Assembly (NCBI RefSeq): GCF_009914755.1
Contig: NC_060926.1
Direction: 5' to 3' (one strand)
Source of the DNA: the human T2T-CHM13v2.0 reference genome, Homo sapiens
DNA length: 64,000 nt
The notes under the pieces are model-generated. The model was not told the origin of the DNA. It ran no database searches and saw only the letters and a list, made by a program, of their open reading frames with translations. Below are positions 28,048 to 40,762 of this stretch, piece after piece; within the stretch, counting starts at the first letter, position 1; each line of letters starts with the position of its first letter. The position numbers and the translations under genes were made by a program.

Positions 28048-29057
28048 TTTTTCTAGTGGTAAAAAGCACTTAACATAAAATTTACCATACTAAACATTTT
28101 AAGTTTACAGTGCATAGTGTGAACTTTGTGTCCATTGTTGTGCAACAGATCTCTAGAACAGTTTAATCTTGCAAAACAAACTCTCTAGCCACTGAAACGT
28201 TATACTCCTTTTCCCTCTTCCCTAGTCCATCATTTTACTTTATATTTCTGAGATTTTGACTACTTTAGATAGTTCATATAAGTGAAATAATGCAATATGT
28301 GTTTTATTGCCATGGGTTTATTTCCCTTAGCATGATGTCCGCCAGGTTCATTCGTGTTGTAACATATGACAGGATTTTCTTCTTTAATATGGCTGCATAA
28401 TGTTTAATTTAATAAGGCTGTGCATAATATTAATATTCCATTCTCTCTCTCTCTCTCTCTCCCTCTCCCTCTCCCCAACATGCCCTTGATTGAGCATATC
28501 CCTAAGTAGCATTGACTCTTATACCAATTATTTTCTCAAATTATTTTTCTTCTTTCTGAAGCACAACTTACAGTTCTTCCAGAGTGCTCTATGTCTAGAA
28601 AGTGCTATACATTTTTGTATGTGTAATTGTTTTGAAGTTTTATTTTCTCCTCACACATGGATAGGATAGTGTGGGTTTGCTGTAAAATTCTAGCCTATAA
28701 ATTATTTTTCTTTATCTCGCTGAAGGAACTATGCAATTATTTTATGTTTGTGTGTATGTACTACATTTTCTTTAACCATTCATTCATTCATTGGTCGACA
28801 TTTAGGTTGCTTCCACTACTTGGCTATTGTAAATAGTGCTGTGCAGTGAATATAGATGCACAAATATCTCTTTGAGATTCTGATTTCATTATTTCAAATA
28901 AATACATAGAAGCGGAATTGCTGGATCATATAGTTCTATGTTTAACTTTCTGAGGAGCCTCCATACTATTTTCCATAGCTGCTGCACCATTGCAACCCCA
29001 CCAACAGTGCACAAGGATTCCAATATCCCCACATCCTCACCAACGCTTACTATTTTC
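28048..29057 (-). mobile_element. L1MA/MB 3' end, split by an insert of about 300 bp
   Basis: cacttaacataaaatttacc...cagatctctagaac 3' UTR. Runs to attccatt (28442) and resumes as gtgtgtatgtactacattttc (28750). Confidence 0.75.
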
Positions 29058-29114
29058 CACAAAGCCTAACATACTTACATCTGTCCTTTTACAGAAAAAA
29101 GTCCCCAACCCTTG
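29058..29114 (+). mobile_element. MER58-family terminal fragment
   Basis: cacaaagcctaacatacttacatctgtccttttacagaaaaaagtccccaacccttg. Confidence 0.6.
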
Positions 29115-32009
29115 CTTGATGAGAAAGCACAAAAAATTATAGAATTTAAATATTAATCAACCTTGACAATGTAAAACTACAGGAGCAGAAGTTGAGACAG
29201 AAGGAAAAAAGAGAGATGAAGGTTGATATAGACAAGCTAATGCTGTTATGCTACCATGTGGTTTAAGAAACAGAACATTCCTGTAAGTGGGTATGAGTTA
29301 CATGTTACCATAGTGAGAAGTCAGTAGTGTTCCATTGATTAATAAGTCAATGAAAGGATTAGTATATAATTTATAGTTATGGAAGATTTGACTTTAACAA
29401 CAGAAGCAGTAGAAAGTGTGGACTCCGGGGAGCTGGAGTGATGGTACCAAGCACTGGGAACGGAGACAACTCCTTTTCACTAGGCTTGTTTGGAATGACT
29501 TACATTCACTGATATTGATTTTTTTTTTTTTTTTTTTAAATAACAAGAGGAGAAGCAGTAGAGCATAAGGAAGAGATACTGGGCTTACTTTGCCTTCTTG
29601 GCTCAGCTGCTATCTAGTTGTGTGAATTTGGGCGGATCTCGTTATCACATCCCCCTTTGTTTCCTTAATTGAACTTGGACTCTATGATTGAGTTTGGATG
29701 TGTTATATGCTCAAATTTTTTCAACTTCTATGCTTAGGATATAAACTTATACAGTGACTTAAGAGTTATTTACATGAAAAATAGTTCTTAATGTTATAGT
29801 TCCACTAGAATTATCATGCTTAGATGTTCATCTCTAAAGCATTAAAATTAGAATTGTCATGATCAAATCACAGGAAGAAGTTATAGAACTCTATTGTATT
29901 ATGCTCTAAATTTAATTTGGGCCTCATTTTCAAAAAAAAAAACATAGAAAGCATTACTAGAGGAAATGTAGACCAGAGTTTCACAGTAGCTGCACTTAAA
30001 TTGGATTATTAATCATTTTGTTTGTGTAAATTCAACAATGTGGAAAATTCTATATAGAGGCATTTGAACCATCTTAAAGGCTCTAATGTGAAGAAAGATA
30101 TTATGAAAGAACCAAATGCAAAATTTTATGAATATCCAATTGATGTAGACACTCAACAGAAGATATGATTGAAATGTCTCCACTGTACTCTCTAGATGCA
30201 GATTACACAAGGTGGTGTCAAAAGCCAAGTATGATTTAATAAGTAAAAAGCAATTGTTTGCAACTGAATGCCTACTGAGAGTATCCATGACTGCAAGGCC
30301 AGATGTTCATATTCATGCTTTTTTGTGTGTTTTCTCTGGTTTTTGATTTTCTGAGGGCTGTTAATCATATGCCCTCGATATGCAGTGTTCAATCCATTTT
30401 GTTGGCCTTTTATCATTTTAAACAGTTACAGATTATGTCTCCATGGAGTGTGCCAGAAATGTCCTTATGTTGCACCAGCCCATGCTTTATGAGATAAACA
30501 AATGAGTAATTCAAGCTTTGTAGCGGGTTCGTGTGTCACATAAGAGCTCAGTCATAATTTCTGAATTGTCTGCCAATGCACATTAAATCAAAGTGTCTAT
30601 CTGAAACAGTAGTAGTATTTCATGGGCTGTGTAGAACAGTTCTTTATCCTATCTCTATGAACTCCTTTTTTTTTTTTTTTTTTTTTTTTGTTCCTTTTCA
30701 GTTTTACTAGGGGCATGGGAGTGGAGGGCACAAAAGTTTAACTTAATGTTAAAGCCAAGGTCAAGACACAGGAATCTAAATGCTACATTTTTCATTCCTA
30801 TTATCTTGAAAGTTTGGTCATTTATGCATATAGATAGTATATACCTGGATGACAGGAGGAGGTTCACTTTTTCTGGAGGGTTCAAAAACTGATACTCTAA
30901 AAGTAAATCAACCATATTATAAAATAGTTATAAAATAGTATTTTTCTGGCCATCTAAAATGTTGATTTTCTGCATGTCAATATGTGTAGATGCGTGTGTG
31001 TGAGTATGCATATATGTAACTGTTTCCATAAATTGGGATAAAGTTAGATAAAGTTAGTGATTTTTGCCATATTTTGTCCTGTGGCAAAACTCTTTATTTG
31101 ACTCTACAATCAAAGTGAAAATGGCTGCAGAATCATCCGTTCAAGTCTATTGCTTTGGGAAATCATATGTAAGCAATCATGGGCATCTTCAAATCAAACT
31201 TACTAATGTTCCCTTTGGAAACATTATTTTGTGATTTTTAACAGCATTTTTATCCATTTGTCATTTCTTTATGGAATAAAATGATCATGAAAAGGAATAT
31301 TATCAATTTGTGATGCTGATTGCTTTCCATTCCAGCTGATTAAAGCCAGCTGGGAAACAGTACCCCAATGCTGTTTATAAGAATCATGTCTGGCATATGC
31401 AAAGTGCATAAAAATCCTTAGCAATTTGTTAAATAATGTGTCAGATGATAGCTATAGATTTGTAATATTTTAGAAAGGTCTATCTTTAATTCATGAACTT
31501 TTCAATTACCTTAAAAACTTATGCCAGGAGGGCAAAGCTGTCTGACTCACTTAGAATTATTGTAAACCCTGTTTTCAGTTACAGTTTAAACGTAGGCTAT
31601 TGCTATTGCTTGCTGTGTTCAACATTTTGAGACCATTTTTCTTTGACTCTTGAATACCTAGGTAGTTACTTGTGATAGTTATTTCAAACTCTATTCTCTC
31701 TCATTTTTTAAATGAGCCCATAATTTTTCAAAATTTTGCTCAATGATCAGTCCGTGACAATGATAATATGCTAAAGTCATAACAACATGAGAACTAACAG
31801 AGATTAAGAGGGAAAAAATGTTGTTTAAAGGTATCTATCTTGCCTCCTAAATCCCAGATAAAGCATCAGGTGTGACAATTGTTAATCGTAATTTGCTAGA
31901 CTAAGTTTCTCATATTTCTATTATGGAACACACAGTTTGGGGCCAGAGACAGTGATATTGCTATCAAGTATCACTTTAAAAAGTCTCTTATGTATTAGAT
32001 ATTTCTCAT

Positions 32010-33160
32010 TAACTTATTTTATAAATGTACTATTCATTAACCTGTTATGTACCAATGTATTAGGGATGGAATACAGCGGAAGATACATGCTTCCTTATGG
32101 ATCTTTTAACCTAATAGTGAAGTTGTATGTTAAATATTTATTAAAATAGTCAAGTCATGTTCTGATAAGCATTACAAAGGAAAAGTTCAGAGTACAATAA
32201 ATAAGTCTAATAAAGCTAAGGAATCCTTGAAATTTTTTCTGGAGGAAATATATTAATAATTGAGCCAAGACTGGATGAAGGGAATTAGATTGGTCAGGAA
32301 GAGGAGAAAGAGTATTTCCAGTAAAAGTAATGCTATGTGTAAATCCGTGTGTAAGGAAGATGTTAAGTGCAATGGAATAATCGAAATAGAACCGTTGTGG
32401 TTAAACTAAATCTAGCAGTGGAGAAAGTCAGAGAGTGGCACCCGGTAAAGTCATATCAGTGAGGAGAGGAGGGGGATCATGGAGGAGTTTATAAGCCACA
32501 TTCATGTATCTAGACGTTATGATAAAAGCAATAGAACCATTGCAGAGCATGAAGTTGGAGAGCGACATGATTAGATTTATGTCTGAAAGAGATCACTCTG
32601 CAAGCAATGTGGAGAATGAGGTGGGGAGGGTTGGGGAGAAGACTGGATTAAGAGAGACCAGGCAGCAGGCAATTTTGATAAACCGGAGGAGACAGGATCG
32701 TAGCTTTGATTATCAGTGTGCTAGTGGAGATGGGAAGAAGAGGATGCACTGAAGAGATGTTGGAAAAGTAGAATGCCAAAGACTAATTGGATATAGGAGT
32801 AAAAGGAAAGACGAAACCAGGACAACACCCAGGTTTCTGGTTGAGCACAGCATTGATGGTGATGCCACTTACTGAGTTAGTTGTGAGAGTAGAGCAGGAC
32901 ACTGGAAAGATCATCAGTTGAACTCTGGATATGTCAAGTTTGAAGAGCCTGACAAAATAGCCTAGTGGAGATCTCTGGTAGACAACTGGAGCTAAGTGGA
33001 AAAGTCAGGCTTCAGATCAAGCCTGGTAATCATTCACATCACCATTGATAATTGAATCCTTGGGATTGGATGAGATCTGCTAGTCTCATAGAGAGGGACA
33101 ATGTCTAGTGAGAAGAAGGCTTAAGATCATTCCCTGAAGAACTTCAACATTTAAATGACA
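32010..33160 (-). mobile_element. L2 fragment (about 1.1 kb)
   Basis: gacatgattagatttatg...agatcactctgcaagcaatgtggaga, cccaggtttctgg and tggatatgtcaagtttga motifs of reverse L2. Confidence 0.75.
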
Positions 33161-33202
33161 AGTGTCAGAACATGGTATGAGTCTTAGATGCTATTTAATA
33201 AT

Positions 33203-33276
33203 ATAAGCTTAATATAGAATATTAAGATAAGCTTAACATAGAAGATATGCAAGATAAGCTTAACATAGAGTATTAA
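33203..33276. repeat. Three-copy 24-27 bp tandem repeat (ataagcttaaYataga...)
   Basis: Seen directly. Confidence 0.85.
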
Positions 33277-33819
33277 AAGTAATACGTTTAATATATTTTT
33301 GTCATCACCGAGGATGTCCTATATGTTCAGCAGGACACAATATTTCACAAATGCAATTTTTGTGACTTTAGGCAAGTCATGGTTTCTAAAGCATCAGTTT
33401 ATTTGCTGTTAAAATCAGTCTACCCAATGGTCCATGCATGCATAGGCAGAGTAGGTTATCACTAGAGCAGACATTTCCACTAGGGATCATTTCCAACTAA
33501 ATAGAAAATAGAGGTCTGATAAAATGAAGCAATCGATGAGTGACCCTTGATAGAGTTTAGGAAGTAGATAAAATGTAGAACAGTACGAGCAAATTTTCAT
33601 GTAATTATAAAGGAAGGATGAAGCCTGGGTGGCTTTCAACATGAGGCACTGATCACATAAGAGGTAGAGGGAAAGCTTAGATGTAGCTAAGACAACCAGG
33701 GGATGAAAGGCTTGGAGATCAATTTTGCCAACTACATGTTTTATTTAAGGATGGCCTTTTAATAATATTAATATTAGTAGTTTTCTTTTAGTCCTCCCTA
33801 AGCCCACAATGCACTAAAT

Positions 33820-34038
33820 CAAGCTTGTTCAATCCATAGCTTGGGCCACGTGCAGCCCAAGACAGCTTTGAATGTGGCCTAGCAAAAATTCATAGATTTT
33901 CTTGAAACATCTTGAGTTTTTTTGCAATTTTTTTTAGCTTATCAGCTATCATTAGTGTTAGTGTATTTTATGTGTGGCTGAAGATAATTCTTCTTCTTTC
34001 AGTGTGGTCCAGGGAAGCCAAAAGATTGGACACCTCTG
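33820..34038 (-). mobile_element. MER30 (hAT-Charlie MITE)
   Basis: caagcttgttcaa...atcagctatcattagtgttagtgtattttatgtgtgg...cagggaagccaaaagattggacacctctg. TSD cactaaat and tgctaaat. Confidence 0.9.
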
Positions 34039-37000
34039 TGCTAAATAGTTGCATTATTTATTCTATTCCCAAAGCAACTCTTTACCTAAAAATAAAAAAG
34101 AGAAGGGGGCAGGGGTGAGGGGAGAAGGAGGAGGAGGAGGAGGAGGGAAAAAGAGAGGAGATAAAAAAATTTTCATGTAATTATAAATGAAGGATGAAGT
34201 CTTTTCAGGGCAAGAAAAATCGAGATCCTATTCTCCCTCACTTTTGGCATCTGCCTGCAGGATTCTGATGGAGGTTAATGGGCAAATGTTTGAGATGGAA
34301 TGAACCATGATTGCCTCTGAAAGTCCACATGCCAAGTTGTGTCTCCTTTCAAGGAGGGACAAAAACTTGTTCATTTCCCTGCTCAAAAGCAACTTGGTCA
34401 TTTCAGTCTCTGTTGGGCCATCAGAGAAGTTGGCTCGTGGGTTAAGCCACTTAATCCTCCTGGCCTTATAGACTCTTTAATCAGTTTTGTTTCTAAAGTC
34501 ATCACCCCATGGTTTATGGGGTTTACCTGGAGTGGGTGGCTACAGGATTCAAATTTTCTGCCATGACTTCGGCCCTCTTCTGAGTTAAATGTCCAACTGT
34601 GGTTCCTGATATGTAAATTGCTGAGTACCATATTGTATGTCCCTGACACCGCCCTCTAATTATGGACCACGTGTCAGTGCTCCAGTTAAAGGTAACTGAT
34701 GTAGTGCTTCCCAAATTATAGTTACTGTTAAACTCTTCGTGAAAATGTTTAAGAAGGGTTAAAGGGAGAAAAATGTATTGAGAAAAAATAAACTTCTATC
34801 TTTAAAATAAATTCCTCTTTTTAAAGCAGAATTTTTATTTTTCAATTTTAGAGCCATACATATATTATATATATTATATAATGCATTTCTAACAGACAGA
34901 TTTGGTACATATTTTCTCTAGCTTTTTTAATGGTAGAATGAGCCTTGCTTAAAATCTCCTAGAATTGGAGTTTCCTGGAAGATAGTAGAAATGTAGAGTT
35001 AGCCATAAAGGAGACTACACAACTCTTAATTGGCCGAGTTCTGGAATTCTGACAATTGAGATGTTTTGTATTAGGCAGTGACTAATTGATTCAGTCAGAT
35101 TTTCATTTTTCAAAAGACAGGGAGGCAGTGTTAGAAAAAATGTCAGCAGTAAGTGGAGATGTTGACAGTAAAAGCAGAGTCAGAAAGAAATTGGGTAATG
35201 AGTATGGTGGAATTGCCAACTTAGGGAGAAATAGATAACCTCATCTGAAAGTTTAGCAAGATGTGTCAGTTACCAGTTATTAGCTCATTCCTGGTGCCAT
35301 TAGATTCTGAATGATTGTTAACCCTTGAGTCAGCTATCCACGAGGCCAAGTTGTAGAGCTATGGGCAGTGGTCTGCGCATCCTAGCTTCCCCGTGTATCC
35401 TTCACTGACCTAACCAATCCTGTTTCTTTTTCCTTGCAACCTAAGGTGTCTCTAAAGCAGGAGTGGACTCTATGATATCCTGGACATGGCATGGATTTCC
35501 CTAAAATAACAAAGAATGAGAAAAGAATGAGAGATCATTCTTCCAGATCTTCTAAAGCTCACTGTAGAATTAGGTTGTTTGTGTTCATGCTTGGCATTCT
35601 TTTAAGTGTTTTGCAGTGAGAATTCACTTCAATTTATTCTTTTCAATTTTCTAGACAAGATCTTATGGATAAATACATACAAATCAAAGAATCTTATACC
35701 TATTCTGCCAAGTATAATAGAAGCTTCAACCACACAAAAGCTTTCTTTCTTACCTTTCAGAATGTCATGCCATCCCTATTTTACATACTTCAGGAGATTC
35801 CACATGTGATTGAAAATGAGGTAGAGTAGGCTTTGGAAGAATTGGGAAGCTGTAGTTACAGAAAGAAAAGAACACATTTAAGTCAATCTTTGTGCCAGTT
35901 TTCATTAGAAAAGCCAATCTTAAAACCATCTGGCCCACTTTTCTAGTCTCCCAGCTGAGTCTGATGTCTGATCCTTCTCTGTCCCAGACTAATCCTGTTT
36001 GTAACTACATGGCTGGCTCTGCAGACAGAGCTGGTATTTCCCTCCCCTCTGCTTGAAATGATAACTATGTATATAACTCCACTAAAATACCTTACGACAT
36101 TGTTATTGTAGTTATGTGTTCATATATTTGTCTTTCCCGTGAACTTATTAGCTTCTTAAGGGCTACAGTAGTATCTTATTTGCCTTTGTATCCCCACAGC
36201 CTCCTAGATCTTCGATGTTGAATGCACAGATATGATTAATGCAGTCAGAAAAAAAACCTCTTTACTCCAGAAATCTTAATTCTGGCAAATGTGTAATGCG
36301 CAATGTTTTACCTTTTAAAACTCTATTTTTAAGAGGAAAGAAAACTTATGAAATTTCCTATAGGTATACTGTCGGAAAGAGCAATAATTTATAATCGTAT
36401 TCATAGTTTGACCAATTGAATGTATTTTTCTTTAATAATCATCTATTAAAATCATTCCCTAAGCAACATTAAAATAGAATAATATTGTATTTAGTGTCTT
36501 TCTTTTATAGATGTCCAAGTATTTTATTTTATAATTTTTAGTATAATGTACATCTAGCAAGTAAGAAATAGCCTTAAGTTAACAGTTTTGAATATAAGTT
36601 CTATAGTCATTTTTGACTGAGTCATTGAGCAGTTGCATTTATGGTTATGTATTATGAAATCTATAGTAATCTTGCATTTTTTGTATTATGAAATTTAGAA
36701 TCAAGGTACTACTTTTGTCCGAAAAACAGCCCATAAACTCAGTCCTATTTCCATTGAAGTTTGGATTTCAGTTCCCTCTGGGTATCTGAGCAGCTGTTTT
36801 TTTTTTTCTAAGTCTTGATCATCTAATCAAAAGGGAATATTCTGAATGCATTTTCATTTTATCTAAAATTAACAGTGAAGCTTCAAGCAGATGTTATGAA
36901 AGATTGGAAATAACTGTTAAATAAAAAGAATAGCAAGGGACTGCTGCAGTCTAGCATAGAAATGGCAAAGTAAACAGCCAAATCAAAACAAAATGTAGTA

Positions 37001-37669
37001 AGCATCCACCATGAGTATCTTTAATAGCTTTATTTGAAATGATTTGGGGTTTTGACAGTTTAAGAAAGAAGTAATCATGAATGAATATCAGATCTCAAAT
37101 ATTTATGCTTTTTTAAGAACAGCCACAAACTTTGAGACATTTTAAGAGCTTCATAGTCTTGGGTTGAGTTTTATTTTTGCTGGAGCAAGAGTAATGAAAA
37201 TAAACCAGTTGTCACCAACTCTAACCCTGAAATGTGAATGGCCATTTAAATACTGCAAAGCCAGAAAAGTAAAATGGCCCATTGAAACTTGTGTTACAAA
37301 ATAAGTGATATCATATGGCTGACATTTATTTTTACAGGAAATAAATGAGATAGAAACTATCTATGAATGAAACTAAAATGTTTCATAAACACAAAGTTTT
37401 TCTTTTGTAAAGATACGTCGTAACACCTATCTATTCTTCTAAAAGTTACTCAATACAAGATAAAAAGTATAAAGAAATATAAATTCACTGTGTAGAAAAA
37501 TAAACTTATATTTGTTCAGACCTGAGAGGGGACCAGAGTATCATTAAGATTAAAACACAGGAGTATGCAATTCCCAATTCAAGAGTGCTTTTAAAATCAG
37601 CATGAACTTCCCAAAGAGTTGCAAATATAGTCACACCATTTACTTTTCTAATGAATCAATCTCCAAGGA

Positions 37670-37850
37670 AGGCAAACTGCTTAGCTTTGAGTCCTAGCTC
37701 AGCTGTGTAACAGCTATTTGGAATTGGAAAGTTAATTAACCTTTCTTTGCCCCTTTTTCCTTCTCTGTAAAGTGGGAATGGTCACAGAAGCCAACTGTAG
37801 AGTGTGTAGAATTGTATTGACACATAGTGAGCGCTCTGTAAAGCTAGGCT
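37670..37850 (+). mobile_element. MIR
   Basis: tttgagtcctagctc...aagttaattaacctttct...ctgtaaagtgggaatg...gacacatagtgagcgctc. Confidence 0.65.
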
Positions 37851-38430
37851 AACGCTATGCTTCTTTGCCCATCTGCCTTAAGGGATATGCTTCTTTGCCC
37901 ATCTGAGAGTGTTAGGCATGGTAGTGTGTCATGGACATCCAGTCATGGAGAGAGTAGGCATCTGTGAGATCTGCTACAGCTGTGGCTTCTCACTGACACA
38001 GGGAGCTGCTGTTGAAGGCTGCTCTGCTGTGGCAGTCCTGTATCATTCACTGGCATCAACTATCACTAAGACATGAAGGCTCTTTGTGTGAACCACAACT
38101 GCTAATGTGGATTTTGGTCAAGGGTGCATCACGGTGGGCTAACAAATTTGCATATCTTTATGCTTACTACTTTTATTTCTTATATGTATCCACGTACCAG
38201 GGCTATACCTATGCCCGCTCAGGGCTACTTTCATGATCCACCAACTCACGGGCTAGAACTTCTGTCCCCTCCCCTTCTTTCTTTAGGAATCCACCTTAAA
38301 AATTAGATCTCTTTTCCTCTCAAATTCTCAAACACCAAGCATCAGATAACATCCTTTTTGGAGCCTAATTGACAAAGTTGCTCTACCATGCTTCTGAAGG
38401 AAAGCTGTCTTTAAGTCCAAAAGATGTCTG

Positions 38431-38846
38431 TGTTAGATTATTATTTTAATAGGTCCTAATGAGTCTCATATTCCAGTATTTATGCCGTTGATGTAGTCCC
38501 CTCCAACACTGATTCTGTACTTGCCATGACTTGCTTTGGCTAATAGGACGTTGGTAATCATGACACAAGCCTAGATGTGGTGAAGTCTTGCCCACTGGAG
38601 CTTGCACTCTTGGGAGGCTGACCCCACCTTATGAGGGGCTGTCTCGACTCCTCCAGTGTGCAAAACCACATGGAAGAGACGCCAGCTTCTCCAGTGACAG
38701 CTCAGTTCAGCTTCCAGTTGACTCTTGAACTGAATACACCTTTTAGGTAAGCCCAGGCAAAACCCAAGGAATTGCCAAGTTAATCCACACTTACTTTAAG
38801 CCTTTGTTTTGGGGTAGTTTGTATGTAGCAGTGGATCAGTAATACA
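38431..38846 (+). mobile_element. MLT1 (F/G/H-like) MaLR LTR
   Basis: catgacttgctttggctaatagg core and 3' end tttaagcc...ttttggggtagtttgtatgtagcag...taataca. Confidence 0.65.
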
Positions 38847-38898
38847 GTGTCAATACCTACTTTTTCAAGCTGCTACTTTCAACTATCTCTTTTCCAAG

Positions 38899-38929
38899 AC
38901 ACACACACACATACACACACACACACACA

Positions 38930-38964
<35 letters not shown>
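38899..38964. repeat. (CA)n microsatellite
   Basis: About 30 CA units with two interruptions. Confidence 0.95.
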
Positions 38965-38966
<2 letters not shown>

Positions 38967-40654
38967 TAACCTCCTTGGTAGCAGACATTGTTATGCTTGG
39001 CTTGGAAATGTATTATGTGATCATAGGAAGTATATTTTCTATTTATATTTGTTGAAACATATTAATGACATTATACGTGTATGATTCACTACATCAAAGA
39101 TTTAGTAAATACCCAGGAAAAGATTTTGGTGGGTACCAAGGAAAGTCACTTTTAAGGAAAATAAATTTTAGACGAATTAAATTGATACTTACAATTAAAC
39201 ATCTTCAAATGTATCTATGCTTCAAAGATATATTTCCCTATTCGAAACAGCTAAGCATACTCCAGTGACTACATAGTGTGAAATATGGGGGTCTTAGGTT
39301 TATATCTTAACATCTCCATTTGTTGTTTTTTAATTTGGGGAAAAATAATATGTTTTTCTGAGCTTTAGAGTTTTTTTGTTTGTTTGTTTGTTTACAAACT
39401 GAGATTATATATCTTATTTATAGGATTGTTATAAGTATTAGAAAATTATTCCATAAGGTATGCAGCAAAATGTTGGACCCCCGATGCCTTAGTAATTGTT
39501 CCATATGTTTAGTGTTCTTTCTTCTTGCCATCACCAATTTTCCAGTTGTGAGGCAATCTGGACATACGTTAAGTAAAAGCACTGGAAAGAATTGGTGTTT
39601 GAAAAATAAATTTGGAGAAAATGGATAGCCTAACTTGTCTCTCTCTTTTGAGGACAATGCATGACCAGTTCTCCTACCCACCACTCTCTACTCTTCCACT
39701 CCCAAATGTTGAGACATTGATTAACAGTGCTATAGGAGGAGGCAGTAGTGATGATGAAATTACAATAGCCCATGTGATTGTAACCATGAGGAAGAGCAGC
39801 AATGATCCTTTGTTCTGCAGCTGACTCATTCATACATTTTAGATCATTTTAAGTGAAGAGTGAGGCTTTGCTCTGTATTTCCAATAGTCCCCTTCTGTGT
39901 TTGCATTTTAATATTACCACTTGTTCACATTTCAGAGCAAAACATTTCTCCATTTAATTTCTCCTACCTTGCCTAACACTTTCCCTTTTTTATGGTGATT
40001 TTCTTTTCTCTTTTCTTTCCTTTCCTTGCTGAAGTGAACAGCTTTGCCCTCAGGCACCAAACTTGACATGCTGCCTCTTTCAAATATTAGAAAACAAATA
40101 AGATGAGCTTCTTTTGCAGGGTGGAAGACTAGTCAGTTTTGTTTGCTTGTTTGGTTTTGTCTACAAACCATTCTAAGATTCCCACTCAAATTTCCTCCCT
40201 GAAAAGACACATTTTTTAAATTGCTAGCCAAGGTTCTAATGAGAATCTTATTTCCTCTTTCTCTTGTTTTATAAATTGATTCAAAATATAACTGACCTTA
40301 CAGTCTCATGTAACAGCATCCGTAAGAGCATTTTTGGTCATGATTATGGACTGATTTAATTTGCAGACTGGATGAGTTCGATGTGGTAGATTATTTAGAT
40401 GTGAACTTATTACACCTACTCAGAGGACCGAAAAAAATTTTTTAAAGGTGGATGTTTACATGCCAAATAAATTTAACAAAATATCTTAAAAATACCACCC
40501 CTCTTATTGTTTTATGAAGGATAGCATCAAAGAAAGTGAAGGGAACTTATTCTGGATAAATTCTCAGATAAGCAATCCTACTGGCAATTTCCATGATTTC
40601 CTGCAGTCTATTTTTAGAGGTTCCAGAGAAGCCAGTTGCAGATTGATGAGGAGC

Positions 40655-40762
40655 CACTTGCAGTCTCTTGAGGTCAGATGCCGTATCTTATACTTCAGAT
40701 CCCCTTCAGTGCCAAACACAGTATCTCACATTTAGAAGGCGCTTAGTGAATTCTTATTCAAT
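40655..40762 (+). mobile_element. L2 3' end
   Basis: ctcttgaggtcaga...gtatctta...tccccttcagtgccaaacacagtatctcacatttagaaggcgcttagtgaat. Confidence 0.6.
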
